Assembly (NCBI GenBank): GCA_945866245.1
Contig: CAMBGW010000001.1
Location: 451 to 64,450, forward strand
Direction: 5' to 3'
DNA length: 64,000 nt
Origin: Verrucomicrobia subdivision 6 bacterium
GTDB taxonomy: Bacteria; Verrucomicrobiota; Verrucomicrobiia; Methylacidiphilales; Verrucolacustridaceae
The notes beneath the pieces are model-generated. The model was not told the origin of the DNA, did not search any database, and saw nothing but the letters and a program-made list of their open reading frames with translations. A program made the translations under genes and the position numbers. Within the stretch, counting starts at the first letter, position 1. Each line of letters begins with the position of its first letter. Positions 10,886-20,611 of this stretch are shown piece after piece.

Positions 10886-11635
10886 TCAGATGAGCTTGAG
10901 GGCTAGAAGCAGAGTGCGTGTGCTGACGAGGATGAGGAGGATGCCGACGAGGCGCATCATGGTTTTTGCGGGAAGGATTTTGCAAAGTTTAGCGGCAAAG
11001 GGGGCGGCGATGACTCCACCGAGGATCAGGCCGGCAATGAGGGGTAGATTTTCTAGTTTCAGAAAAAAGAAGAAGGTGAGGGCTTGGCTGAGGGTGACAA
11101 AAAATTCGGCCATGTTGACCGAGCCGATGACGAAGCGGGGTTGATGGCCTTTGGCGAGGAGTGTGGAGGTGACGACGGGGCCCCAACCACCTCCGCCAAC
11201 GGCGTCGAGGAAACCGCCGGTGAGCGCGAGGGGGATGGCTTTGGCGGGCTCGGGGGTAATGGAGATCGGCTTGTGGTTTGCGCGGTAAAGGATGTAGGCC
11301 CCCATCAGGATGAGGTAGGCGCTGATCCAAGGTTTGAATTTTTCGCCAGGGAAGTTGGAGAGGATGTAGGCTCCCGTGACGCCTCCGACGACTCCGGGAA
11401 TGCACAGCTCGAGGAAAAGGGTTTTATTTACGTTTTGGTGGAAGATGTGGCTTATGCCGCTGACTCCGGTGGTGAAGATTTCCGAAACTTTGACGCTATA
11501 GCTGACCAAGGCAGGTGCGGTGCCGAGCGCGAGGAGGAACGAGGAGCAGGTTACGCCGTAGGCCATGCCGAGTGTGCCGTCGACAATTTGGCCTGCGAGG
11601 CCCACGAGGATGGCGATGAAGAAGGCGGGAGACAT
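10886..11635 (-). CDS. TauE/SafE (TSUP) family sulfite exporter
   Basis: DGTLGMAYGV and GFLDAVGGGGWGPVVT motifs; polytopic membrane protein. Confidence 0.9.
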   Translation of the reverse strand: MSPAFFIAILVGLAGQIVDGTLGMAYGVTCSSFLLALGTAPALVSYSVKVSEIFTTGVSGISHIFHQNVNKTLFLELCIPGVVGGVTGAYILSNFPGEKFKPWISAYLILMGAYILYRANHKPISITPEPAKAIPLALTGGFLDAVGGGGWGPVVTSTLLAKGHQPRFVIGSVNMAEFFVTLSQALTFFFFLKLENLPLIAGLILGGVIAAPFAAKLCKILPAKTMMRLVGILLILVSTRTLLLALKLI

Positions 11636-11700
11636 GTTGGGACGTTAGGGGAAGGGTGGCTATGTGCCGAAGGGAAAAAAGGGGTATGACGCGACCAAGG

Positions 11701-12498
11701 TTAGCCGCGTTCGATCATGGCGTAGGCGCTGTGATTGTGGATGCTCTCAAAATTTTCGGCCTCGACGCGGTACCAGTTGATATCGGGGTGGGCCTCGCAC
11801 TGGAGAGAGACGGCGCGGACGAGGTCTTCTACGAAAACGGGATTATCGTAGGCGCGTTCGGTGACATGTTTTTCGTCGGGTCGTTTCAGCAGAGAGAAAA
11901 TTTCCGAGCTGGCACAGGATTCAACCAGGGCGACGAGGTCTTCGATCCATACTGTTTTGCCGAAGGTGACTTCAAGTCGAACGAGGCCGCGTTGATTGTG
12001 AGCGCCGCGCTCACTAATGGCTTTGCTGCAGGGGCAAAGCGTGGTGACGGGAACGGTGACGGCGACTTTAAAGCGGAGATCTTTTCCATGAAGGGTAGCG
12101 TCGAAGTGGATTTGGTAATCCACTAGGCCGGGGGAGGCGGTGACGGGGGCTTTTTTTTCGATGAAGTAAGGGAAGTCGAGCTCGAGGTGGGCGGAGTTGG
12201 CTTGGAGGCGTTGTTGGAGGGCGCGCAGGATGGCGGGAATGCTTTCGACATGGATGAGGCTGCCGTGTTCTTGGAGAACCTCGAGAAAGCGGCTCATGTG
12301 GGTGCCTTTAAACTGGTGGGGCAGATCGACGGCGAGGGAGACGGTCGCGACCGTATTTTGGGTAGCGTGAGCGCGGTCGCGCACGAGAATGGGGTAACGA
12401 AGTCCTTTTACTCCGACCTTATCGATTCGCAGATTGCGGGTATCGGGGGAGGCTTGAGTATCGTGGAGGGGAGTAGTTTGAATCGGGCTATTTTTCAA
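11701..12498 (-). CDS. folE2: GTP cyclohydrolase IB
   Basis: KGTHMSRF, TTLCPCS, AHNQR, KRPDEK, NPVFVED and ESIHNH motifs. Confidence 0.95.
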   Translation of the reverse strand: MKNSPIQTTPLHDTQASPDTRNLRIDKVGVKGLRYPILVRDRAHATQNTVATVSLAVDLPHQFKGTHMSRFLEVLQEHGSLIHVESIPAILRALQQRLQANSAHLELDFPYFIEKKAPVTASPGLVDYQIHFDATLHGKDLRFKVAVTVPVTTLCPCSKAISERGAHNQRGLVRLEVTFGKTVWIEDLVALVESCASSEIFSLLKRPDEKHVTERAYDNPVFVEDLVRAVSLQCEAHPDINWYRVEAENFESIHNHSAYAMIERG

Positions 12499-12555
12499 AG
12501 CGTAAGTAGATTAACTGAATCCAGAGTGCGGGCAAAGGCTAGGCGCACAAAGTTG

Positions 12556-12630
12556 GACCTCTGACCCCAAAAATGAAAAACCGCACCCTAAGCCATTGAC
12601 AATCAACAGATTGCAAGACCTCTGACCCCA
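12556..12630. repeat. 14-bp direct repeat GACCTCTGACCCCA, two copies
   Basis: Exact copies at 12556-12569 and 12617-12630. Confidence 0.9.
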
Positions 12631-12658
12631 CATAAATTATTGAAGATCAAGGGTTTGC
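12589..12658. repeat. Two imperfect palindromes TAA-N3-ATTGA-N2-ATCAA-N4-TTGC
   Basis: TAAGCCATTGACAATCAACAGATTGC (12589-12614) and TAAATTATTGAAGATCAAGGGTTTGC (12633-12658). Confidence 0.75.
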
Positions 12659-12843
12659 GGGGCATGTTTTTAAAGATGAGTTGGGGCGAGGCCTTTTTTG
12701 TATGGGGGAAGAAGAAAAAGCGAACCCTTTTGATGATTGAGCAGTTTAATCCTCTATGAAGCGGACAAGGTGCCGGTTTGGGTCGAAAAGAGGGGTGAAA
12801 TGGGCGACTTGTCCCGCCCTAGAGTTGGCATAGAAAGGTTTGG

Positions 12844-13932
12844 ATGAGCGCCCAGAGGGTTCGAGTCAAGTCGGCTACAGGGATGTACTCGGTTTATGTG
12901 GGGGACAAGATCCTTCCTCAAGGATTACAAACGCATCTGCCCGCCAAAGTGCCGGTTGCGATGTTGGTGGATGAGGGGATCGCAGCGCTTCCTCTTACTT
13001 TAGCAATTTTTGCGTGGTTAGAAAAACGTGCATCTCGGGTGGTGCGCGTGAGGATTCCGGCGGGGGAGCGGTCGAAATCGGTTGAGGAGTATGGAAGGGT
13101 GGTTCGCCAACTCGCGGGGGCGGGACTGACTCGGGACGGGTGGATTGTGGCGGTGGGGGGTGGAGTGACGGGGGATTTGGCGGGTTTTGTCGCGGCTACT
13201 TATTTGCGCGGGTTACCGATCATTCAGATTCCCACCACCGTGGTGGCGATGGTGGACAGCAGTGTGGGAGGAAAAACTGGAGTCGATCTACCTGAGGGGA
13301 AAAATTTAGTTGGGGCGTTTCACCCGCCCAAAGCGGTCTTGGCAGATTTACGGTGGCTGGAGTCCTTGCCTGTGGCGGAAAAGCGGGCGGGAATGGCGGA
13401 GGTTCTAAAGTATGGAGCGATTGCGGACTCGAAACTTTTCGGTTCGCTAGCCAAAGGGCCACCCCGCTCGATGAAAAAAGTGGTCAAGCGATGTGTGGAG
13501 ATTAAAGCCAAGCTAGCGGGGGAGGATGAAAGAGATTTGAAAGGGAAACGTGCTCTTTTAAATTTTGGTCACACGGTAGCTCACGGGCTGGAGGGGTTGG
13601 TGGGATATGAGGGGCTCCGGCATGGGGAGGCGGTGGCCATTGGGATGGTGGTGGCGGCACACTTATCAGTAAAGGCACGGCGATTTAAGAAGAGGGCAGC
13701 GGAAAAGTTAAAAGCGGCCATTCGGGCTCACGGGTTACCTGTGACTCATCCAGAGTTGCGATGGGATCGTTTGTCCCCATTGATGGCGAGGGATAAAAAG
13801 GCCACCACGCAAGGAATTCGATGGGTGCTCTTACGGAAGATTGGCAAAGCGGATCTGGTGGAGGGTGTTACGGAGAAAAAAATTCAGCTGTCTCTGGAGG
13901 AAGTGCGGGAGGGAAAACTCCCCAAGGGATGA
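12844..13932 (+). CDS. aroB: 3-dehydroquinate synthase
   Basis: GGGVTGDLAGF, PTT..AMVDSSVGGKT, KNLVGAF, LNFGHT..H, HGEAVA. Confidence 0.97.
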   Translation: MSAQRVRVKSATGMYSVYVGDKILPQGLQTHLPAKVPVAMLVDEGIAALPLTLAIFAWLEKRASRVVRVRIPAGERSKSVEEYGRVVRQLAGAGLTRDGWIVAVGGGVTGDLAGFVAATYLRGLPIIQIPTTVVAMVDSSVGGKTGVDLPEGKNLVGAFHPPKAVLADLRWLESLPVAEKRAGMAEVLKYGAIADSKLFGSLAKGPPRSMKKVVKRCVEIKAKLAGEDERDLKGKRALLNFGHTVAHGLEGLVGYEGLRHGEAVAIGMVVAAHLSVKARRFKKRAAEKLKAAIRAHGLPVTHPELRWDRLSPLMARDKKATTQGIRWVLLRKIGKADLVEGVTEKKIQLSLEEVREGKLPKG

Positions 13933-15023
13933 CACGGACGGAGTCCTATCTCATTTTCAACGCCCTGCGGTTGGTGGGGCCGGTGAGGGTGAGAAAGTTG
14001 CGGGAGGTGTTTGGTCGGGTGGAGGATATTCTGGGATTGCCGACAGCCAAAATGGCGGGAGTGGAGGGGGTTGGGCAAGCGGTCGCAGAATCGATTCGTG
14101 GGTGGGAAAAAAGTTTTGATCTGGCGGCTGAACTCAAACGAATGGCCGAGCTGAAACTCCAAGTAGTGGATTGTGAGGATCCCTTATATCCGCCCCTTTT
14201 GCGCGAAATCCATGATCCGCCGATGGTCTTGTACTACCGCGGAAAAATAGAGGCGGTGCGGGGAGCGTGCATCGGGATTGTGGGAACGAGAGAGGCGACG
14301 GGTTACGGGATCGAGTTAGCAAAAAAATTGGGCTACCAGCTATCTTACGCGGGGGTGGGGGTGGTAAGTGGGTTGGCCCGGGGAATCGATACGGCGGCTC
14401 ACCAAGGTGCACTGGCCGCGAAAGGGCGAACGGCGGGGGTGCTGGGTTGTTCGATGGATCAGATGTATCCAGCCGAGAATCGATCTCTTGCGGAGAAGAT
14501 AGTTGAGGAGGGTGGGTGTGTGATGAGTGAGTTTTGCTTAGGGACAGCACCCGACCGACAAACCTTTCCGATGCGGAACAGAATTGTCAGCGGGTTGAGT
14601 AAGGGAGTTCTCGTGATCGAGGCGGCGAGGGCGAGTGGAGCGATGATTACGGCCAAGCAGGCGTTGGAGCAGGGGAGGCAGGTGTTTGCCGTCCCAGGTC
14701 GAATCGATCATCCGCAGTCGGGGGGGTGTCATCAGCTTTTAAAGGATGGGGCTCGGTTGGTAGAGTCGGTGGAGGATGTACTGGCGGAGTTTGAATTTTT
14801 AATTCCGAGATCGGAGATGCCGGTCCCAGTGGCCCCGACAGGAAATTTAGGGGAGGAGGAAAAAAAAGTGTTGGAGGGTTTGGGTCGAGAGGAGATGCAT
14901 GTGGACGTTTTGACGCGAAAATGCGGGTTGCCATCCCCGGTGGTGTCGGCCACCCTTCTCAAGCTTGAACTCAAGCATCGGGTGCGACAAATGCCCGGTA
15001 AGTACTTCACCCGCATTGATTAA
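13929..15023 (+). CDS. dprA: DNA-processing protein DprA
   Basis: VGTR, VSGLARGID..AH, FPMRNRIVSG, FAVPG; ATG 13929 overlaps the aroB stop (ATGA). Confidence 0.95.
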   Translation: MTRTESYLIFNALRLVGPVRVRKLREVFGRVEDILGLPTAKMAGVEGVGQAVAESIRGWEKSFDLAAELKRMAELKLQVVDCEDPLYPPLLREIHDPPMVLYYRGKIEAVRGACIGIVGTREATGYGIELAKKLGYQLSYAGVGVVSGLARGIDTAAHQGALAAKGRTAGVLGCSMDQMYPAENRSLAEKIVEEGGCVMSEFCLGTAPDRQTFPMRNRIVSGLSKGVLVIEAARASGAMITAKQALEQGRQVFAVPGRIDHPQSGGCHQLLKDGARLVESVEDVLAEFEFLIPRSEMPVPVAPTGNLGEEEKKVLEGLGREEMHVDVLTRKCGLPSPVVSATLLKLELKHRVRQMPGKYFTRID

Positions 15024-15026
15024 CAT

Positions 15027-17519
15027 ATGCCAAAAAAACTGATTATCGCGGAAAAGCCGAGTGTGGCCAACGATTTGGCCAGGGTATTGACTGGGTTTAA
15101 GAAGGAGGGGGAGTATTGGGAATCGGAGGATTTTGTCTTAAGTTCGGCGATTGGGCATTTGATTGAGTTGTGTAAACCGACGGAGTACGGAAAAGGAAAA
15201 GGGAAGTGGAGCTTTGAAAGCCTGCCCTTACTTCCGGAGGAGTTTAAGTTAAAGGTGATCGAGCGGACGGCTCCACGCTTTGAAGTTTTAAAAAAGCTGT
15301 TGAAGAGAAAAGATGTTACGGGAGTCATCAATGCATGCGACGCGGGACGAGAGGGGGAGCTGATCTTTCGGTACGTGATGGAGGCAGCGGAGTGTAAGAA
15401 AAAAGTTCAGAGACTGTGGTTGCAGTCGATGACGCCGGGTTCGATTCGGGATGGTTTTACGAAATTGCGGAAAGAGGAAGAGATGGAGCCTCTTTTGGCG
15501 GCGGCTAAGTCCCGCTCCGAAAGTGACTGGCTTGTGGGAATTAATACAACCCGGGCTCTAACAGCCTTGAATTCGAAGGGCGGAGGATTTTTTCTGACGA
15601 CGGCGGGAAGAGTCCAGACTCCTACGTTGAGTATTTTAGTGGAAAGAGAGCTGCAGATTCGAGCGTTTGTGCCGAAAGGATATTGGGAGGTGCATGCCAC
15701 CTTTGGGGCGAAGGCAGGGGAGTATGAAGGAAAATGGTTCGACGAAACGTTGGCCGATCAAAAAGTGGCTGAGCGGGGGGCGGAGCAAAGGCCGGAGCGG
15801 CTTTGGACCCAGGAGCGTGCAGAGCAGATTGTGGGAGAGTGTCGGGGAAAAACGGGTGAGGTGCATGATGAGAAAAAACCTGCCCGCCAGTTGTCCCCGC
15901 TTCTTTATGATTTGACGAGTTTGCAAAGAGAGGGAAACAGCCGGTTTGGGCTATCGGCGCGTCGGACACTGCAAATTGCCCAAGCGCTCTATGAGAAGCA
16001 CAAGGCGATTACCTATCCTCGAACCGATTCTCGGTATTTGCCTGAGGATTATCTGGCGGTGGCCCAATCGACTTTAGAGAACTTTGAGGGAAGTGAATTT
16101 GGGGAATTTTCCAAAACGGTCTTGAAGAAGGGTTGGTTAAAGCCGACAAAAAGGGTGTTTAACTCGGCCAAAGTCAGCGACCACTTTGCGATTATCCCAA
16201 CGCAGCAGATTCCCGCCAAACTGGATGAGATTGAGATGAAGGTTTATGCGGCGATTGTTCGCAGATTTATTGCGGTGTTTTATCCAGAGGCGGTCTACGA
16301 GGTGACGAACCGAATCACGCGGGTGGGGGTGCATGCATTTCGGACTGACGGGAAAATTCTGAAAGAGGCGGGTTGGTTAGCGGTGTATGGGAAAGAGGCG
16401 GCAGAGGAAGGTGGTGAGGAGGGCAAGCTGTTGGTCCCGGTGTTAGATGGGGAAAAAGTGAAGACGGTGGCGATTTTGGCGGAGGGATTACAGACTAAGC
16501 CGCCGGCTCGGATGACCGAAGCGACGTTGCTCAGCGCCATGGAGGGGGCAGGGAAATTGATCGAGGATGATACGTTGCGGGAAGCGATGGGGGAGCGGGG
16601 GTTGGGCACCCCAGCGACGCGGGCGGCCACAATTGAAACTTTGATTTCGGAGGAGTATGTACGACGGATTGGTCGGGAGCTGGTGCCAACGGCGAAGGCC
16701 TTTGGGCTTTTTGAGACTTTGGATGCGTTAGGGATTGAGATTTTGCAATCCCCCGAAATGACCGGGGAGTGGGAACACAAGTTGAAAGAGATCGAGCATG
16801 GGCGGATGAAGAGGGATGAGTTCATGCTAGAAATTCAGAAAGTGGCTCGGGACATTGTCGAGAAAGCACGGGTGTTTCAGGATAAGGATCATGTTTTGCG
16901 AAAGCTGGATTTTAAGGATCCGCAAACAGGGCAGGAGTTTGAGGAGACGTTGCGGGAGTATCGGACTTTGGATCAGGCCTATGCGGTGCGCAAGGTGCTG
17001 GCAGGTCGCAGAATTGAGGCGCATGAATTTCTCGAGTTACTGGAAAAAGGAACAATGGGTTTGGTGGATGGTTTCCGCAGTCGCTTAGGTCGCCCTTTTT
17101 CGGCTGGTCTGAAGCTAGGTGAGGGCCGAAAGATCGAGTTAGTGGTGGGGGAAGAGGAGGGAACGTTGGATTTTACGGGGCAGGAGCCATTGGGGCAGTG
17201 TCTCGCCTGCGGGGGGAACATGTTTATGAGCCAGCTTCGTTATGTCTGTGAGCACAGCGTGTCGAAGCCCTCGACGTGCACCTTTAAGGTTTCCAAGAAA
17301 ATCTTGAATCGAGATATTACTGTTCCTGAGGTTCAGGATTTGTTGAAGAACAAAAAAACGGCTCTTTTGGAAAAGTTTATTTCCAATAAGACGCGTCGTC
17401 CTTTTTCCGCCGTTCTCATGTGGAAAGACGGAAAGGTGTCCTTTGACTTTCCCCCGCGGGAACCGCGCAAGCCCAAGAGCGCCAAGACGGCGAAAGCCCG
17501 GGCCAGCGCGGCCACCTGA
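15027..17519 (+). CDS. topB: Type IA DNA topoisomerase, topoisomerase III-like
   Basis: IAEKPSVA, DAGREGELI, GRVQTPTL, ITYPRTDS (catalytic Tyr), GLGTPATRA; C-terminal F.S...RPFSA repeats. Confidence 0.85.
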   Translation: MPKKLIIAEKPSVANDLARVLTGFKKEGEYWESEDFVLSSAIGHLIELCKPTEYGKGKGKWSFESLPLLPEEFKLKVIERTAPRFEVLKKLLKRKDVTGVINACDAGREGELIFRYVMEAAECKKKVQRLWLQSMTPGSIRDGFTKLRKEEEMEPLLAAAKSRSESDWLVGINTTRALTALNSKGGGFFLTTAGRVQTPTLSILVERELQIRAFVPKGYWEVHATFGAKAGEYEGKWFDETLADQKVAERGAEQRPERLWTQERAEQIVGECRGKTGEVHDEKKPARQLSPLLYDLTSLQREGNSRFGLSARRTLQIAQALYEKHKAITYPRTDSRYLPEDYLAVAQSTLENFEGSEFGEFSKTVLKKGWLKPTKRVFNSAKVSDHFAIIPTQQIPAKLDEIEMKVYAAIVRRFIAVFYPEAVYEVTNRITRVGVHAFRTDGKILKEAGWLAVYGKEAAEEGGEEGKLLVPVLDGEKVKTVAILAEGLQTKPPARMTEATLLSAMEGAGKLIEDDTLREAMGERGLGTPATRAATIETLISEEYVRRIGRELVPTAKAFGLFETLDALGIEILQSPEMTGEWEHKLKEIEHGRMKRDEFMLEIQKVARDIVEKARVFQDKDHVLRKLDFKDPQTGQEFEETLREYRTLDQAYAVRKVLAGRRIEAHEFLELLEKGTMGLVDGFRSRLGRPFSAGLKLGEGRKIELVVGEEEGTLDFTGQEPLGQCLACGGNMFMSQLRYVCEHSVSKPSTCTFKVSKKILNRDITVPEVQDLLKNKKTALLEKFISNKTRRPFSAVLMWKDGKVSFDFPPREPRKPKSAKTAKARASAAT

Positions 17520-18457
17520 AAGCCACGCTCATCGAGTCAACCGATCCAAGGACGGTTGCCTTTCTGAAACATTTGGAGGAGGAGAGAGGTTTATCGGCGC
17601 ATACCGTGCGAAACTATGCGCAGGTGTTGGGAGAGTTTCAAAAAAAACGGCCGGGGGAGTGGGCAGAGATTCAAGAGTCGGATTGCCGAGCGTATCTTCA
17701 TGGTTTGGCGGGGGAGGGGCGCCATGGGCCAGCTTCGGTGCGGCTTCGCTTCTCTGCATTAAGAACTTTTTTCCAATGGATGCAGTCCCGTGGGGAGAGG
17801 GCGGATAACCCTGCCTCAGGTCTACGATTGCCAAGGCCAAGAAAAAGTTTGCCTCGTTTTTTGAGCGAGGAGCAGATGGTCAATCTTCTCTCTTCGCCGT
17901 GCCGTATTTTAGAGAAAAAACCGAGGAAGTCGGCCGGTCGTAAGGAACCAGCTTGGGCGAGATGGCGGGATGCCGCTTTATTGGAGCTGCTGTATGGAAC
18001 CGGCTTGCGTTTGGGGGAGGCTTTGAGTCTTTCTTGGAGGGCATTTCATGAGGAGGGAAAGAGGACATTGAAAGTCAGGGGAAAGGGTGGAAAGGAGCGG
18101 CTGGTGGTTTTGGGAGATGCAGTGCGAGAGGGCATGGCAAAATATTTCGAAAAGCTACCTGCGGCTTGGAGGAGAGAGGCAGGCCCAGCTTTTCTCGGTC
18201 CGCGGGGGCATCGGATGTGTGCACGTGTGTTCCAGCGAAATCTGAAAGAATATTTGGCGGAGGCGGAGTTAGATCCCTCTCTAACCCCCCATAAGTTACG
18301 ACATAGTTTCGCGACCCACTTGTTGGCACGCGGCGCAGATTTGCGGGCGGTGCAGGAGTTGTTGGGTCACGCAAGATTGACGAGTACGGAAATTTATACG
18401 CGGGTGACGACGGAGCGATTGCGTGGGGCTTACGGAAAGGCACATCCGAGAGCATGA
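17516..18457 (+). CDS. xerC: Tyrosine recombinase XerC/XerD family
   Basis: ERGLSAHT, LYGTGLR..E, GKGGKER, PHKLRHSFATHLL, LLGH, TEIYT; start uncertain (CTG 17516 vs TTG 17573). Confidence 0.88.
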   Translation: MKATLIESTDPRTVAFLKHLEEERGLSAHTVRNYAQVLGEFQKKRPGEWAEIQESDCRAYLHGLAGEGRHGPASVRLRFSALRTFFQWMQSRGERADNPASGLRLPRPRKSLPRFLSEEQMVNLLSSPCRILEKKPRKSAGRKEPAWARWRDAALLELLYGTGLRLGEALSLSWRAFHEEGKRTLKVRGKGGKERLVVLGDAVREGMAKYFEKLPAAWRREAGPAFLGPRGHRMCARVFQRNLKEYLAEAELDPSLTPHKLRHSFATHLLARGADLRAVQELLGHARLTSTEIYTRVTTERLRGAYGKAHPRA

Positions 18458-19803
18458 GAGCAATTCCAGAGAGTTGGCTAAAGATCGGTTACAATCTGCT
18501 GTTTACCGTGGGGTTTGCTCTGACATGGCCCTATTTGACGTATCTGATTTGGCGGAGGCAGCCGTTTTGGGAAAGGTTGGGGGAACGGCTGGGGCACTAT
18601 CCCCAAGAGTTGAAGGAGTGGCTGAAGCACCCCCAGCGTCCTGTTTGGATTCACGCGGTGAGTGTGGGGGAGATGTTGTTGGCAAGAGTACTGGTTCGGG
18701 AGATGAGGGTTTTAAAACCTGACCTAAGAATTTTAATTACGACAGGGACACCTACGGGGCGAAGAGTAGGTGAGCCTCTCTTGGATTCTCAAACAAGAAT
18801 GGTGTATGTGCCGACCGATTTTTACTACTCGATGTTGCGGGCCTTTCGGCGGATTCAACCGGCTGCGCTGATTTTGGTGGAGAATGAGATTTGGCCAAAC
18901 ATGTTATGGCGGGCACGGAAAATGGGAGTGAAGGTATATCTTGTGAATTCTCGCTTATCTCGGAGGAACCGGCGTCTGTTTCGGATGGGCAGGACTTTTG
19001 TGCGGCCTGTGCTTCAGCTGTTCGATTGGATTGGGGTGCAGAGCCAGGAGGATATGGGGCGATTTGCAATCGCAGGGTTTCCCCAGGAGCGGCTGCATCT
19101 GATGGGCAGTATGAAATATGATGTCGCCGCCTTGGTGGCGGATCATCCAGGAAAGGGGGTGGAGGTGAGAGAGGCGGCGGGTTGGGGAGAAGGGCAGATT
19201 GTTCTTTTGGGGGGCAGCACACATCCTGGTGAGGAGAGATTATTGGCGGAGATGGTCAAGGGGTTGAAAGGGAAGCATCCGGAGTTACGGTTGATGTTGG
19301 TGCCGAGGCATGTGGAGAGAACGGGATCGATCTTAGGTGAGTTGGCGGGGACGGGGTTGCGGGTGGTGAAGCGGTCGGATTTAGTTCGTGAAGGCAGGAG
19401 CGATCCGGAAATTGTCTTGGTCGATACAACGGGAGAGTTGCGGGATCTTTACCCAGCAGCAGAGGTGGTTTTTATCGGCAAGACACTGACGGGTACGGGA
19501 GGGCAAAATTTTCTGGAAGCAGCGCGTCATGGGAGAGCGATTGTCGCGGGGCCGCACATGGAGAACTTCATGTCTTTGAGGCGGGAGTTTGAGGAGGCTA
19601 AAGGAATTCGGGTGACTGGATCCGTTGAGGAATTAGGAAGGGTGGTGGACGAGCTGTTATCGGACAAGAAGGAGCGAGATGGATTAGGTCGGCGAGGGGC
19701 GGACTGTTTCAGGCAGCATTTGGGTGCAGGAAAAAGATGTGCGGAGGTTTTGATAGCAGAAATTGCTAAGTCGAGGCTTGGGTTTAAGAGTTTGGATGGG
19801 TGA
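18454..19803 (+). CDS. waaA: 3-deoxy-D-manno-octulosonic acid transferase
   Basis: WIHAVSVGE, E.EIWPN, KYD, GSTH.GEE, VPRH.ER, DTTGEL, GGQNFLE. Confidence 0.95.
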   Translation: MRAIPESWLKIGYNLLFTVGFALTWPYLTYLIWRRQPFWERLGERLGHYPQELKEWLKHPQRPVWIHAVSVGEMLLARVLVREMRVLKPDLRILITTGTPTGRRVGEPLLDSQTRMVYVPTDFYYSMLRAFRRIQPAALILVENEIWPNMLWRARKMGVKVYLVNSRLSRRNRRLFRMGRTFVRPVLQLFDWIGVQSQEDMGRFAIAGFPQERLHLMGSMKYDVAALVADHPGKGVEVREAAGWGEGQIVLLGGSTHPGEERLLAEMVKGLKGKHPELRLMLVPRHVERTGSILGELAGTGLRVVKRSDLVREGRSDPEIVLVDTTGELRDLYPAAEVVFIGKTLTGTGGQNFLEAARHGRAIVAGPHMENFMSLRREFEEAKGIRVTGSVEELGRVVDELLSDKKERDGLGRRGADCFRQHLGAGKRCAEVLIAEIAKSRLGFKSLDG

Positions 19804-20611
19804 TGGCGTAGAGGACGACGGCAGTTGCGGCGTTGATTGAAAAAGAGTCAATCGTGCTGCTCATGGGAATCGCGACAAGAAGGTCGAGAGCGGCGCGGAT
19901 CGATGGGGAAAGTCCTTTGCCCTCATTTCCGACGAACAGAGCGATCGGTTTTTTGGGAATGGGAGCATGGGGGAGGAGAGTTGGGGCATCGGAGGTGGCA
20001 CCGATGGTAAAGTATTGTTGGGAGCGTAGGGCAGGAATCAGCTCATCTGCAGAAGGCAATCGGAGGACGGGGACACGAAATATGCTGCCCATAGAGGTGC
20101 GTGCGGCTCGTGGGTGAAAGGGGTCGGTGCCGCCCAGGGCAATCACGGCGGCAACCCCCATGGCGTGGGATGTGCGAAGGAGTGCGCCAACATTTCCGGG
20201 GTCCATCATTTCATCGAGAACGAGTATTTTCGCCTGGGGGTTAGAGGACAGTTCTGTAACGAGGGTGGTGAGGTTGGGTGAAGGGGGAATCTTGGCGAGG
20301 GCGAGGACAGGTCCGAGTGTTCGGCCTTCCAGTAAACGTTCCATCGTTGAATGAGGAATCGAAACTACGGGGTGTTTTTGTTCGCCCAGTTCGGCAAGAA
20401 GCTTGTGCAGGCGGGTAGACGGATCTTGCGAGGCATGATCGCTGACTAGGACTTGGGTGAGTGGCGTCGAAGTAGCAAGAGCGCGCTCGATCAGGCGAAA
20501 TCCTTCGAGCGCAAAGAGGCCGAGGTGGCGGCGACCTTCGACATGCAGCGCACGTTCGAAGTCGGAGACGACTCGTGCAGGTGTCGCGATATCTGAGGTG
20601 CGATTTACCAC
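19784..20611 (-). CDS. TrmH/SpoU family RNA methyltransferase
   Basis: DPGNVGALLRT, RTSMGS, GNEGKG, IPM....DS.SIN; start approximate. Confidence 0.9.
   Translation of the reverse strand: MVNRTSDIATPARVVSDFERALHVEGRRHLGLFALEGFRLIERALATSTPLTQVLVSDHASQDPSTRLHKLLAELGEQKHPVVSIPHSTMERLLEGRTLGPVLALAKIPPSPNLTTLVTELSSNPQAKILVLDEMMDPGNVGALLRTSHAMGVAAVIALGGTDPFHPRAARTSMGSIFRVPVLRLPSADELIPALRSQQYFTIGATSDAPTLLPHAPIPKKPIALFVGNEGKGLSPSIRAALDLLVAIPMSSTIDSFSINAATAVVLYAITHPNS

Noticed and set aside
12556-12658. Mini CRISPR array
   Set aside because: Only two 14-bp copies, too short for CRISPR repeats, and no cas genes.
12499-12843. Riboswitch upstream of folE2 or aroB
   Set aside because: No recognisable aptamer consensus; folE2 has a promoter-like element almost at its start codon, leaving no room for a leader.
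17516-18457. Prophage, integron or island integrase
   Set aside because: XerC-type sequence coupled between topB and waaA; no IntI insertion, attC sites or cargo.
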